A program made the translations under genes and the position numbers. 32,000 nucleotides of DNA from Phycisphaera mikurensis NBRC 102666 (GTDB lineage Bacteria; Planctomycetota; Phycisphaerae; Phycisphaerales; Phycisphaeraceae): contig NC_017080.1 in NCBI RefSeq assembly GCF_000284115.1, positions 2,490,001-2,522,000 on the forward strand, in the 5' to 3' direction. Of the stretch, positions 13,724 through 22,106 are shown piece after piece. The stretch's first letter is position 1. Each line of letters starts with the position of its first letter. Under the pieces are notes generated by a model, which worked only from the letters and a program-made list of their open reading frames with translations, did no database searches and had not been told where the DNA came from.

Positions 13724-15040
13724 TCAATGAAGAAGCAGGCCGCGCACCCTCTCCAACGCCAGCCGCGGCCCGTCGCCCGCCCCCAACAGCACCGGCCCCT
13801 GCTCCCCGGCCACCGCCCGGCCGTGGCAGCCTTTCACGAGCGTGGCGTCGAGCGGGATGACGTCCAGCGGCTGGGCGAAGCCCAGCTTCCTCTTGAGGAT
13901 CTTCCACGCGAGCGTGGGCTTGCTCAGGCCGAGGAACAGCTCGCGCGGGTCGTAGCCGGGCTTGGCGTGGATGGCGACGGTGCGGGCGTAGTCAGGGGCG
14001 AGGTCGTCGCGTCCTTCCGGCCAGAAGTCGTAGCTGAACCAGCAGCCTTCGTCGGCCTCGAGCACGGTGTCGCCGGCGTGCTCGGCGTCGATCGGGTGCG
14101 GGCTCGTCCGGGGGAACGCGGGCAGCTCCAAGCCCGGCTGGTGATAGACGTGGGCGACCTGATGGTCACAAACCGCGAAGGCCCGGCTGTTGTGCAGGTC
14201 GATCACCTCGCGGCCGCCCTCCTCGCGGACCGCGAGCAGGCCCGCGTCGCGGAGGATCCGGTTGGGGTAAAGCGGGGTGTCGACGGCCCGCACGCCGTAG
14301 CCGCTGACGACGAGGACACGGCGTCCACGTTCTTCGAGGTGGTCGAGCAGATCGCCGGCCACCGCGTCGACGGCCGCGACCTCGGCGGGCACCGACGTCC
14401 CGCCCGGCCCCTCCCGCTGCAGCACGTAGTCCAGGTGCGGCAGGTACGCCAGCGTGAGCGTCGGGTCGTGCCGGTCGACCACCCGCTTCGTCGCCTCGGC
14501 GATCCACCGCGTCGAGGTGATGTCCGAGCCGGGACCCCAGAAGCGGAACAGCGGGAAGCGGCCGAGCTCCCGCTGCAGCTCGTCCCGCAGGCCCGGCGGC
14601 TTCGTCCACACGTCGGGCACCTTGCGCCCGTCGGCCCGGTACTGCGGCCGCGGCGTCACCGCCACGCCCGCCGTCGTCGCCATGTTGAACCACCAGAAGA
14701 GGTTCGCGCACGACACCGCGCCCCGCGGACCGTGCCCGGTTTTTTCCTCCCAGGCCGACGGTCCGCGGACCAGCCGGTTGCTCTGCTTCCAGAAGTGGAT
14801 CTCGGCGAGCCGGCGGTCGAACCAGCCGTTGCCGACGACGCCGTGGCCCTCCGGCCCGCCCACCGGCCGGCCGGTGAGCATCGTCGACTGCACGCTGCAG
14901 GTGACGGCCGGGAACACCGGCTGCAGCTCGCGCTGCCCGGCCCGCTCGGCGAACGCCCGCAGCCGCGGCGCGTGCCGCAGGAGCGAGCCCGAGAGGCCGA
15001 CCACCTCCAGCAGCGCGACGGGTTGCGGCGGGTCCGGCAC
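13724..15040 (-). CDS. Alkaline phosphatase-superfamily / nucleotide pyrophosphatase-phosphodiesterase-like protein; GTG start
   Basis: PVFPAVTCSVQSTMLTGRPVGGPEGHGVVGNGWFDR, TLTLAYLPHLDYVLQREGP, VLVVSGYGV..., FSYDFWP. Typical type I phosphodiesterase layout. Confidence 0.8.
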   Translation of the reverse strand: MPDPPQPVALLEVVGLSGSLLRHAPRLRAFAERAGQRELQPVFPAVTCSVQSTMLTGRPVGGPEGHGVVGNGWFDRRLAEIHFWKQSNRLVRGPSAWEEKTGHGPRGAVSCANLFWWFNMATTAGVAVTPRPQYRADGRKVPDVWTKPPGLRDELQRELGRFPLFRFWGPGSDITSTRWIAEATKRVVDRHDPTLTLAYLPHLDYVLQREGPGGTSVPAEVAAVDAVAGDLLDHLEERGRRVLVVSGYGVRAVDTPLYPNRILRDAGLLAVREEGGREVIDLHNSRAFAVCDHQVAHVYHQPGLELPAFPRTSPHPIDAEHAGDTVLEADEGCWFSYDFWPEGRDDLAPDYARTVAIHAKPGYDPRELFLGLSKPTLAWKILKRKLGFAQPLDVIPLDATLVKGCHGRAVAGEQGPVLLGAGDGPRLALERVRGLLLH

Positions 15041-15090
15041 GGCGGAGGTGTAGCAGGGGCGGCGCCGCGTCGTTTACGCTGCACCCGCCC

Positions 15091-15885
15091 ATGGCCGCCG
15101 CCCCCCGCTCCATCACCGACGCCCCCGAGCCCCCGGCCGCTCGGGTCGACGCCGCGCCGCAGGCCGACATCGACCTCGACCGCGCCGACGCGCACCTGCG
15201 GAAGGTCTCGGCGCACGACATCGTCGCCTGGGCCGCCGACGCCTTCCCCGCCGGCTCGCTCGCCCTGACCACGAGCTTCGGCGTCCAGGCGGCGGTGATG
15301 CTGCACCTGGTCAACGATGTGATCCCCGGCATCCCGGTCGTCTTCATCGACACCGGGTTCCACTTCAACGAGACCTACCGCTTCGCCGACGAGCTCACGA
15401 CGCGGCTCAAGCTGGATCTTCGCGTCTACCAGCCCGCCCTCTCGCCGGCGTGGTTCCACGCCCGACACCCCGGGCTGCACGAGCGCGACCCCGACGCCTA
15501 CGACCGCGCCCGCAAGGTCGAGCCGATGGACCGGGCGCTCGCCGAAATCGACCCCGCCGCCACCTTCGCCGGCCTGCGTCGGGACCAGACGCAGAACCGG
15601 CAGGCCATGCAGCACGTGATCTTCCAGAACGGCCGCCACAAGGTGCTGCCGATCCTGCGGTGGAGCACCAAGGACGTCTTCCAGTACTTGAAGGCGCACG
15701 ACCTGCCCTTCCACCCGCTGCACGACGAGGGCTACGCCAGCGTGGGCGACTGGCACTCCACCCGACCGATCGGCGACGGCGAGGACGAGCGGGCCGGGAG
15801 GTTCCACGGGCTCAAGCAGGAGTGCGGGCTGCACCTGCCGTCCTCGGAGGGGGAGGCGGCGTCGCGGGCGAGTTCGTCGCTGTAG
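15091..15885 (+). CDS. cysH: Phosphoadenylylsulfate (PAPS) reductase, thioredoxin-dependent type
   Basis: TTSFGVQAAVMLHLV, IDTGFHFNETYRFADEL, YASVGDWHSTRPI, GRFHGLKQECGLH. The only Cys is in KQECGLH, so the CC/CxxC pairs of Fe-S APS reductases are absent. Confidence 0.93.
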   Translation: MAAAPRSITDAPEPPAARVDAAPQADIDLDRADAHLRKVSAHDIVAWAADAFPAGSLALTTSFGVQAAVMLHLVNDVIPGIPVVFIDTGFHFNETYRFADELTTRLKLDLRVYQPALSPAWFHARHPGLHERDPDAYDRARKVEPMDRALAEIDPAATFAGLRRDQTQNRQAMQHVIFQNGRHKVLPILRWSTKDVFQYLKAHDLPFHPLHDEGYASVGDWHSTRPIGDGEDERAGRFHGLKQECGLHLPSSEGEAASRASSSL

Positions 15886-15890
15886 AAGGG

Positions 15891-16034
15891 GACGCAGCGG
15901 CTGCGCCGCTCAAGCGGGGAAGCGAAGAAGCGGGGAAGCGAAGAAGTCAGGCACGCGTGCCATCGCTCCGCTCGGCGACTCCCGCTCCCGGTCGGCGCAG
16001 CCGACGCGTTGCCTGACTTCCCCGCTTCTTCGCT
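15891..16034 (+). repeat. Palindromic repeat element, copy A
   Basis: Starts GACGCAGCGG. Inverted arms AGCGAAGAAGCGGGGAAG(CGAAGAAG)TCAGGC and GCCTGACTTCCCCGCTTCTTCGCT, with internal GGTCGGCGCAGCCGAC hairpin. Highly similar to 16911-17048. Confidence 0.85.
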
Positions 16035-16114
16035 CACCCAGAGAAGCCCACCCCGCGACACCGAACTCCGCGGACCATGCAGCCCCGAGGCACAACCCCG
16101 CCCCGCCGCGTTTC

Positions 16115-16198
16115 TTCTCCGCTCCCGGTCGGCGCAGCCGACGTGTTGCCTGACTTCTTCGCTTCTTCGCTTCTTCGCTCCGGTCGGCGCAGCCGACG
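16115..16198 (+). repeat. Palindromic repeat element, partial copy C (right half plus an extra hairpin)
   Basis: CTCCCGGTCGGCGCAGCCGACGTGTTGCCTGACTTCTTCGCTTCTTCGCTTCTTCGCTCCGGTCGGCGCAGCCGACGCC; matches the right halves of copies A and B. Confidence 0.75.
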
Positions 16199-16204
16199 CC
16201 TCCC

Positions 16205-16909
16205 ATGCCCCTGCTCTCCATCCTCATCCCGGTCTTCAACGAAGCCGCCACGGTGAAGGAGCTGCTCGCCCGGCTCCGCGCGGTGGAGCTGGCGGTGCCG
16301 AGGGAGGTCCTGCTGATCGACGACGGCTCCACCGACGGCACCGCGGCGATCCTCGCGGAGGCGGCGGCGGCGGATCCGGAGCTGCGTGTGATCACCCAGC
16401 CCGCCAACCGCGGCAAGGGCGCTGCCGTGGCCGCCGGCATCGCGGCGTCCCGCGGCGACTGGCTGCTGATCCAGGACGCCGACCTGGAGTACGCGCCCTC
16501 GGACATCCCGCGCCTGCTCGAGCCCGTGCTCGCGGGCGACGCCGACGCGGTGTACGGCTCCCGCTTCGTCGGCGGGCAGCGGCGCCGCGTGAACCGCTTC
16601 TGGCACACCCAGGCCAACCGCTGCCTGACCACGCTGTGCAACGCCGTCACCGACCTCGCCCTCACCGACATGGAGTGCTGCTACAAGCTGCTCCCCGGCG
16701 AGCTCGCCCGCTCGTGGACGCTGCAGGAAGCCGGCTTCGGCATCGAGCCGGAGATCACCTGCCGCCTCGCCCGCGAACCCCGCCTGGCGATCTTCGAGGT
16801 CGGCATCCGCTACCTCGGCCGCGGCCGCGAGGAGGGCAAGAAGATCGGCTGGAGGGATGGGGTGCGGGCGGTGTGGTGTGTGGCGAAGTACGGGATCCTT
16901 CGGCGGTGA
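16205..16909 (+). CDS. Family 2 glycosyltransferase, dolichyl/polyprenyl-phosphate sugar transferase-like
   Basis: LSILIPVFNEAATVKELLARL, EVLLIDDGSTDGTAAIL, NRGKGAAVAAGIAASRGDWLLIQDADLEY, YGSRF, GRGREEGKKIGWRDGVRAVW. Confidence 0.93.
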   Translation: MPLLSILIPVFNEAATVKELLARLRAVELAVPREVLLIDDGSTDGTAAILAEAAAADPELRVITQPANRGKGAAVAAGIAASRGDWLLIQDADLEYAPSDIPRLLEPVLAGDADAVYGSRFVGGQRRRVNRFWHTQANRCLTTLCNAVTDLALTDMECCYKLLPGELARSWTLQEAGFGIEPEITCRLAREPRLAIFEVGIRYLGRGREEGKKIGWRDGVRAVWCVAKYGILRR

Positions 16910-16910
16910 A

Positions 16911-17048
16911 GACGCAGCGGTTGCGTCGGTCGAGCGAGGAAGCGAAGAAGCGAGGAAGTCAGGCAGGCGCGCCATCGCTTCGCTCGGCGACTCCCGCTCC
17001 CGGTCGGCGCAGCCGACGCGTTGTCTGACTTCCTCGCTTCTTCGCTTC
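16911..17048 (+). repeat. Palindromic repeat element, copy B
   Basis: 27 nt arms 16939-16965 (GAAGCGAAGAAGCGAGGAAGTCAGGCA) and 17022-17048 (TGTCTGACTTCCTCGCTTCTTCGCTTC) are complementary at 26/27 positions, the exception being a G.T pair. Central GTCGGC-GCA-GCCGAC hairpin. Confidence 0.88.
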
Positions 17049-17112
17049 TCCGCTTCTTCGCTTGCACCCCACCCTGCTCCCCCGCCCTCCTCCCCCCGTA
17101 CGCTCCCCCTCC

Positions 17113-18783
17113 ATGCCCGACGAAACCAAAATCATCTACTCCATGCGGAACCTGAACAAGGTTTACGACCGCAAGGTCATCCTCAAGGACGTCAACGTCT
17201 CGTACTTCTACGGGGCCAAGATCGGGGTGCTGGGGCTCAATGGCGCGGGCAAGTCGACGCTGCTGAAGATCATCGCCGGGACGGACAAGAAGTTCGAGGG
17301 TGAGGTGCAGATGCAGCCCGGCTACACCGTCGGCTACCTCCAGCAGGAGCCGCCGCTGCCGGACGACGCGACCGTGGAGGAGGTCGTGAACTCCGCCGTC
17401 CAGCCCATCCACGACCTGATGGCCGAGTACGACGCGCTGGGCGTGAGGATGGGCGAAGACCTCTCCGAGAAGGAGATGGAGAAGACCCTGGAGCAGTTCG
17501 GCAAGCTGCAGGACCAGCTGGAGCTCAAGGGGGCCTGGGAGCTGGACGCCAAGCTGGACATGGCGATGGGCGCGCTGGACTGCCCGCCGCGCGACGCGAA
17601 GATCGGCCCGCTCTCCGGCGGCGAGAAGCGGCGGGTGGCGCTGTGCCAGCTGCTCCTGCAGCAGCCCGACGTCCTCCTCCTCGACGAACCCACCAACCAC
17701 CTCGACGCCAGCAGCGTCGCGTGGCTGGAGCGTCACCTCCAAGAGTACCCCGGCACCGTCATCGCGGTCACCCACGACCGGTACTTCCTCGACAACGTCG
17801 CCACCTGGATGCTGGAGATCGAGCACACGCGGTGCATCCCCTGGAAAGGCAACTACTCCAGCTGGCTCGAGCAGAAGGGCAAGCGGCTGGCCGTCGCCGA
17901 GAAGCAGGACAAGCGGCTGCAGGCGCAGCTGAAGAAGGAGCAGGCCTGGATCGGCACCTCCCCCGCCGGGCGGCAGGCCAAGAACAAGGCCCGGATCCAG
18001 CGCTTCGAGGAGCTCTACGAGAAGGCGAAGAAGCCCAAGGCCTCCGAGGTGCGGCTCTACCTCGCTCCGGGCCCGCGGCTGGGGAGCAAGGTCATCGAGG
18101 CCCGGCACGTGAGCAAGCGCTACGGCGACAAGGTGCTGCTCGACGACGTGAGCTTCAGCCTGCCGCCGGGCGGCATCGTCGGCGTCATCGGCCCCAACGG
18201 AGCCGGCAAGACCACGCTCATGAAGATGATCATGGGCACCGAGACGCCCGACAGCGGGACGCTGGAGATCGGCGAGACGGTCGAGCTGGCCTTCGTCGAG
18301 CAGATGCGCGAGGGCCTCAAGGACGACGTGAACGTTTGGGAATCGATCACCGACGGGGCCGAGACGCTGAAGATCGGCGACCTGGAGATGAACTCGCGGG
18401 CCTACGTCGCCCGCTTCAACTTCTCCGGCCCCGACCAGCAGCAGATGGTCCACAGCCTCTCCGGCGGCCAGCGGAACCGGGTGAACCTCGCCCGCATGCT
18501 CACCCGCGAGTTCAACGTCCTCTTGCTCGACGAGCCCACCAACGACCTGGACGTCGACACGATCCGGGCCTTGGAGGAGGCTCTGGACGACTTCCCGGGC
18601 TGCTGCGTGTGCGTGAGCCACGACCGGTGGTTCCTCGACCGCGTCGCCACCCACATCCTCGCCTTCGAGGGCGAGGGCAAGGTCCGCTTCTTCCAGGGGA
18701 ACTACCAGCAGTACGCCGCCCACCCGGACACCCCGAACATCGGGGCGGACCCGAACCAGCGGCACAAGAAGCTGGTGCGCTGA
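17113..18783 (+). CDS. ettA: Energy-dependent translational throttle protein EttA (ABC-F ATPase)
   Basis: KIIYSMRNLNKVYDRKVILKDVNVSYFYGAKIGVLGLNGAGKSTLLKIIAG, LSGGEKRRVALC, LLLDEPTNHLDA, second domain GPNGAGKTTL, LSGGQRNRVNLA, LLLDEPTNDLD. ATG at 17113 preferred over 17062. Confidence 0.95.
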   Translation: MPDETKIIYSMRNLNKVYDRKVILKDVNVSYFYGAKIGVLGLNGAGKSTLLKIIAGTDKKFEGEVQMQPGYTVGYLQQEPPLPDDATVEEVVNSAVQPIHDLMAEYDALGVRMGEDLSEKEMEKTLEQFGKLQDQLELKGAWELDAKLDMAMGALDCPPRDAKIGPLSGGEKRRVALCQLLLQQPDVLLLDEPTNHLDASSVAWLERHLQEYPGTVIAVTHDRYFLDNVATWMLEIEHTRCIPWKGNYSSWLEQKGKRLAVAEKQDKRLQAQLKKEQAWIGTSPAGRQAKNKARIQRFEELYEKAKKPKASEVRLYLAPGPRLGSKVIEARHVSKRYGDKVLLDDVSFSLPPGGIVGVIGPNGAGKTTLMKMIMGTETPDSGTLEIGETVELAFVEQMREGLKDDVNVWESITDGAETLKIGDLEMNSRAYVARFNFSGPDQQQMVHSLSGGQRNRVNLARMLTREFNVLLLDEPTNDLDVDTIRALEEALDDFPGCCVCVSHDRWFLDRVATHILAFEGEGKVRFFQGNYQQYAAHPDTPNIGADPNQRHKKLVR

Positions 18784-18937
18784 GCGGCCGGCGAGAGGTC
18801 GTGCCCGAGGCGAGTCCTCGCGGGCCCGTGCGCAGGCCTCCGGCCTTCCGCCCCGGGTGCCGGGCCGCCGTGCGGCACGGAGCCGCCGGGATCCGCCGCC
18901 GGGCCGCCCCGCCTCGTGCCGGCACGCTCGCGCAGGT

Positions 18938-19969
18938 TCAGAGCGTCGCGCCGAGCAGGCGGCCGCCGTCGCGCCTTACGGCGGCTTCGTCGCCGGCGAG
19001 GACCAGCGTGGTGCTGCTGTGGCAGCGGTTCTCGACGCCGCCGACCTCGACGGCGGGATCGTGGTGCTCCATCTCTCCGAAGGGGCCGTAGGTGAGGTCG
19101 TCGTTGTACGCCTGCAGGCAGTCGCCGCCGCCGCGCACGCCGGCGTCGGCGCTCCGCGGGACGTCGCAGTAGCGCTCGCCGGGCAGCGTCGGGAAGAAGC
19201 GGAGCAGCAGCACGGCCCGGCCGTCGCCCAGCGGGCGGAGGTAGCCCATCCGGCCGGTGGTGTCTTCGGCCCGGAGGCCCATCTTGATCCGACGCCTCGC
19301 GTCGATCACGAAGCGGACGGCGTCGGCGTCGGCCTTCACGTGGTCGTCGCCGAAGGGGTCGTAGTAGCGGGTGACGTCGTCGGCGACGCTCAGCGGGCGG
19401 ACCGTGGGGCAGACGAGCGTGCCGCCGGGCGGGACCTGGGCGATGCTCCACGAGCTGGCGACGACGCCCTCCTCGCCGCCGAGCGCGGTGAGCCGGTGGT
19501 CGACGGCGTAGGCGACGGCGGACACCCCCGCGGACAGCGACGGCGGCGGATCGATCAGGCGGACGGTCCGCTCGGCCTCCAGGCGGATCTTGCGGCCGTC
19601 GCGGGCGTCGGTCAGGCCCATCGTCGCGTGAAGCGTGACGCTGCCGGCGTCGGCCTCCCCCACGCCCCACCTGCCCGGGTCGAGCTGCGGGGGCGTGGCC
19701 GCGTGCTTCACCGGGTCCTCGCGGGCGGCCTGGAGCGAGGGCCAGAACCAGGCGACCTCCGGCCCGAGCCAGAAGCGGTCGCCGCCGCAGAGCTCGCCGG
19801 CGTCGTCGTCGGCCAGGTAGAGAGCGTCGGCCGACCCGTCGCCGGCGTCGGCCGCCATCACCCGGGCGCCACGCTCGCACACCGCGAGCCTCGCCGCCCC
19901 ACGCCGCAGCGTCCGCCCCCCCTGCTTCTCGTCGCGCAGCCGCGCCGCCACCTCATCGAAGTCGTGCAT
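18938..19969 (-). CDS. Conserved hypothetical protein (possibly DUF6786-like)
   Basis: Long ORF with MHDFDEVAARLRDEKQGGRTLRRGAARLAVCERGARVMA..., DDDAGELCGGDRFWLGPE, GRAVLLLRFFP, NRCHSSTTLVLAGD. Family assignment is from memory; ATG at 19969 preferred over 20083. Confidence 0.7.
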   Translation of the reverse strand: MHDFDEVAARLRDEKQGGRTLRRGAARLAVCERGARVMAADAGDGSADALYLADDDAGELCGGDRFWLGPEVAWFWPSLQAAREDPVKHAATPPQLDPGRWGVGEADAGSVTLHATMGLTDARDGRKIRLEAERTVRLIDPPPSLSAGVSAVAYAVDHRLTALGGEEGVVASSWSIAQVPPGGTLVCPTVRPLSVADDVTRYYDPFGDDHVKADADAVRFVIDARRRIKMGLRAEDTTGRMGYLRPLGDGRAVLLLRFFPTLPGERYCDVPRSADAGVRGGGDCLQAYNDDLTYGPFGEMEHHDPAVEVGGVENRCHSSTTLVLAGDEAAVRRDGGRLLGATL

Positions 19970-20100
19970 CGTCGCACAGTAAAGCCGACGCCTCCGCCGC
20001 CCGGCTCGGCCCACCCCGCGGTGGGTCCCGGCGTTTTGCCGCCTCCGGTACCGTCCCGCTCCGTCGAGTCCGCTCCGCGTCACCCCAAACCCAAAGCCTC

Positions 20101-21225
20101 ATGCTCTCCACACCCTTCGAGAAGTTCCACGAGCAGCACGGCGCCAAGATGGTCGACTTCGCCGGCTGGCGGATGCCCCTGCACTACGGCTCGATCACGG
20201 CGGAGCACAAGCAGTGCCGGCAGAGCGGGGCCCTCTTCGACGTCTCCCACATGGGGCGGATCGAGATCAAGGGGCGGCACGCCCGCAAGTTCTGCGAGCG
20301 GGTGCTGACGCGCAAGGTCAGCGACATGCCCGTGAAGACCGCCCGCTACGCCCTGATCTGCAACGAAGCCGGCGGCGTGATGGACGACGTGCTGGTCTAC
20401 CGCTTCGAGGACCACTTCCTGCTGGTGGTCAACGCGAGCAACCGGCAGAAGGTGCTCGACCACCTGCACCGCACCGCCGAAGCCGAGTCGATGGTCGTCC
20501 GCATCGGCGACGTGACGAAGAGCACGGCGATGATCGCCGTGCAGGGGCCCCGGGTGATGGAGAAGATCGGCGGCTTCTCCAAGGAGATCCCCACGCTGAA
20601 GCGTTACGCCTTCACCACCAAGAACCTGATGATCCTCAAGATGCACGTCTCGCGGACCGGGTACACCGGGGAGGACGGCGTGGAGATCATGATGGGTGCG
20701 AACATGGCCGGGATGGCGATCAAGCTGCTGCTCAAGGACGCCGGCGAGGCGGATGCGCTCGTGAAGCCGGCCGGCCTCGGCGCCCGCGACACCCTCCGCC
20801 TGGAGGCCGGCATGCCGCTCTATGGGCACGAGCTCAGCGAGGAGACCGACCCGCTCTCGGCCGGGCTCGGCTTCGGCGTCTCGCTCGACAAGGATCAACC
20901 GGTGGACGGCCAGCCGCCCGTGCCGCGCTTCATCGGGCAGGACAGCCTGGAGCAGATCCACCAAGACGGGCCCGCCAAGAGGCTCGTCGGGCTGCTCGTC
21001 GAGGGCCCGCGGACGCCGCGGCAGGACGCCGCGGTGCTGCGGGACGCGGCGCCCGTCGGGCTCGTGACGTCGGGCTGCCACAGCCCGACGCTCGACCGGC
21101 CGATCGCCATGGCGTACGTGGACGCGTCCGCGGCCGGGGAGGGGACGCGGCTGGCGGTGCGGATCGGCGCCGAAGGCGAGGCGCCCGCAACGGTCACGGC
21201 GCTGCCGTTCGTGCGCCGCGGCTGA
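20101..21225 (+). CDS. gcvT: Glycine cleavage system T protein (aminomethyltransferase)
   Basis: AKMVDFAGWRMPLHYGSITAEH, LFDVSHMGRIEIKG, YALICNEAGGVMDDVLVYR, ISRTGYTGEDGVEIM-like motif, AGLGARDTLRLEAGMPLYGHEL. Confidence 0.95.
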   Translation: MLSTPFEKFHEQHGAKMVDFAGWRMPLHYGSITAEHKQCRQSGALFDVSHMGRIEIKGRHARKFCERVLTRKVSDMPVKTARYALICNEAGGVMDDVLVYRFEDHFLLVVNASNRQKVLDHLHRTAEAESMVVRIGDVTKSTAMIAVQGPRVMEKIGGFSKEIPTLKRYAFTTKNLMILKMHVSRTGYTGEDGVEIMMGANMAGMAIKLLLKDAGEADALVKPAGLGARDTLRLEAGMPLYGHELSEETDPLSAGLGFGVSLDKDQPVDGQPPVPRFIGQDSLEQIHQDGPAKRLVGLLVEGPRTPRQDAAVLRDAAPVGLVTSGCHSPTLDRPIAMAYVDASAAGEGTRLAVRIGAEGEAPATVTALPFVRRG

Positions 21226-21270
21226 GCCGACGACGCGGGCCGCGCGGAGGACGCTCCGGTTTGCAGCCTT

Positions 21271-21428
21271 TAGAGCATCGTGCGCAGTTTTCCGATCGGC
21301 CTGCGTCCGCGCGTCGTGTTCCTCGTGAGGAGGCGAAGCAGCCCTGCCCCTGCAGGGCGATGCAGCCGACGAAGCGAGGGGCACGACTCGCCCGCAGAGG
21401 CGATCGGAAAATTGCGCGCGGTGCGCTA
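21271..21428. mobile_element. MITE-like nested palindromic element 2 (TA-bounded, no ORF)
   Basis: Outer imperfect inverted repeat TAGAGCATCGTGCGCAGTTTTCCGATCG (21271-21298) with CGATCGGAAAATTGCGCGCGGTGCGCTA (21401-21428). Second nested pair 21314-21325/21375-21386; third hairpin GCCCTG-CCCCTG-CAGGGC at 21341-21358. Confidence 0.65.
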
Positions 21429-22106
21429 GGCCCAGGCGGTCGGCTGGCCGTCGAGGCGCCCGGTCCGGGTCCCGTGCCGGCGAGCCCAGGTGATGAGCGC
21501 CAGGACCGCCGCGGCGCAGCCGAGCAGCCCCAGGGCGACCGCGCCGCCGTAGACGCCGACGAAGCCGTCCTTGAGCCGCTGGACCGGGACCGTGCCGATC
21601 GCGATGACGCGTGGCCGCTCCGCCGCCGGCCCGATGGTGCCCTCGGCCACGTTCCCGGCCCGGCCCGGCTCGACGACCTCGAGCCGGTACCGCCCCGCCG
21701 AGGGGGCCGAAGCGGACACCAGCGAGTGCCCGGCCCGGCCGTCGGTGCGGTACACGATGGTGCTCTGCGTGGGGACCAGCTCGACCCCGACCCAGGCGGC
21801 GGGCTCCCCGGGCTCCAGACGCTCCAACGCCAGCTCCGGCTCCCACGTCGTCTCGGTGGCGAAGGCCTGCGGGCCGACGGTGGTCACCGGCTCGTAGAAG
21901 AAGTGGACCTCGCCGGGCGTTTCGAGGCGGAACTCGGCGGCGGGCGAAGCGCCCCAGAGCGCCACCCGCTGCAGGCCCTCGACGCCCGCGGACACCGCCC
22001 TCATCGCGGGAACGACCGCGGCGACGAACAGCGCCAGCCCCACCGCGAGCAGCGCCAACGCGGTCCAGTAGCCCAGGCGGCCCGGTCTGTCGGCTTGCTC
22101 AGGCAT
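21426..22106 (-). CDS. Hypothetical membrane protein (two predicted TM segments)
   Basis: MPEQADRPGRLGYWTALALLAVGLALFVAAVVP... and C-terminal GVYGGAVALGLLGCAAAVLALITWARR. Overlaps the end of the upstream MGMT gene. Confidence 0.75.
   Translation of the reverse strand: MPEQADRPGRLGYWTALALLAVGLALFVAAVVPAMRAVSAGVEGLQRVALWGASPAAEFRLETPGEVHFFYEPVTTVGPQAFATETTWEPELALERLEPGEPAAWVGVELVPTQSTIVYRTDGRAGHSLVSASAPSAGRYRLEVVEPGRAGNVAEGTIGPAAERPRVIAIGTVPVQRLKDGFVGVYGGAVALGLLGCAAAVLALITWARRHGTRTGRLDGQPTAWA

Noticed and set aside
15910-16671. Minus-strand ORFs through the repeat region (15910..16671, 16034..16975)
   Set aside because: They translate the palindromic repeats and the antisense of the GT gene.
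15891-17048. CRISPR array interpretation of the repeated GGTCGGCGCAGCCGACG units
   Set aside because: Irregular spacing, long palindromic arms, no unique uniform spacers and no cas genes.
16857-17303. Small plus-strand ORFs around the ettA start (16857..17303)
   Set aside because: Overlap the confident ettA frame and repeat copy B; no supporting motifs.
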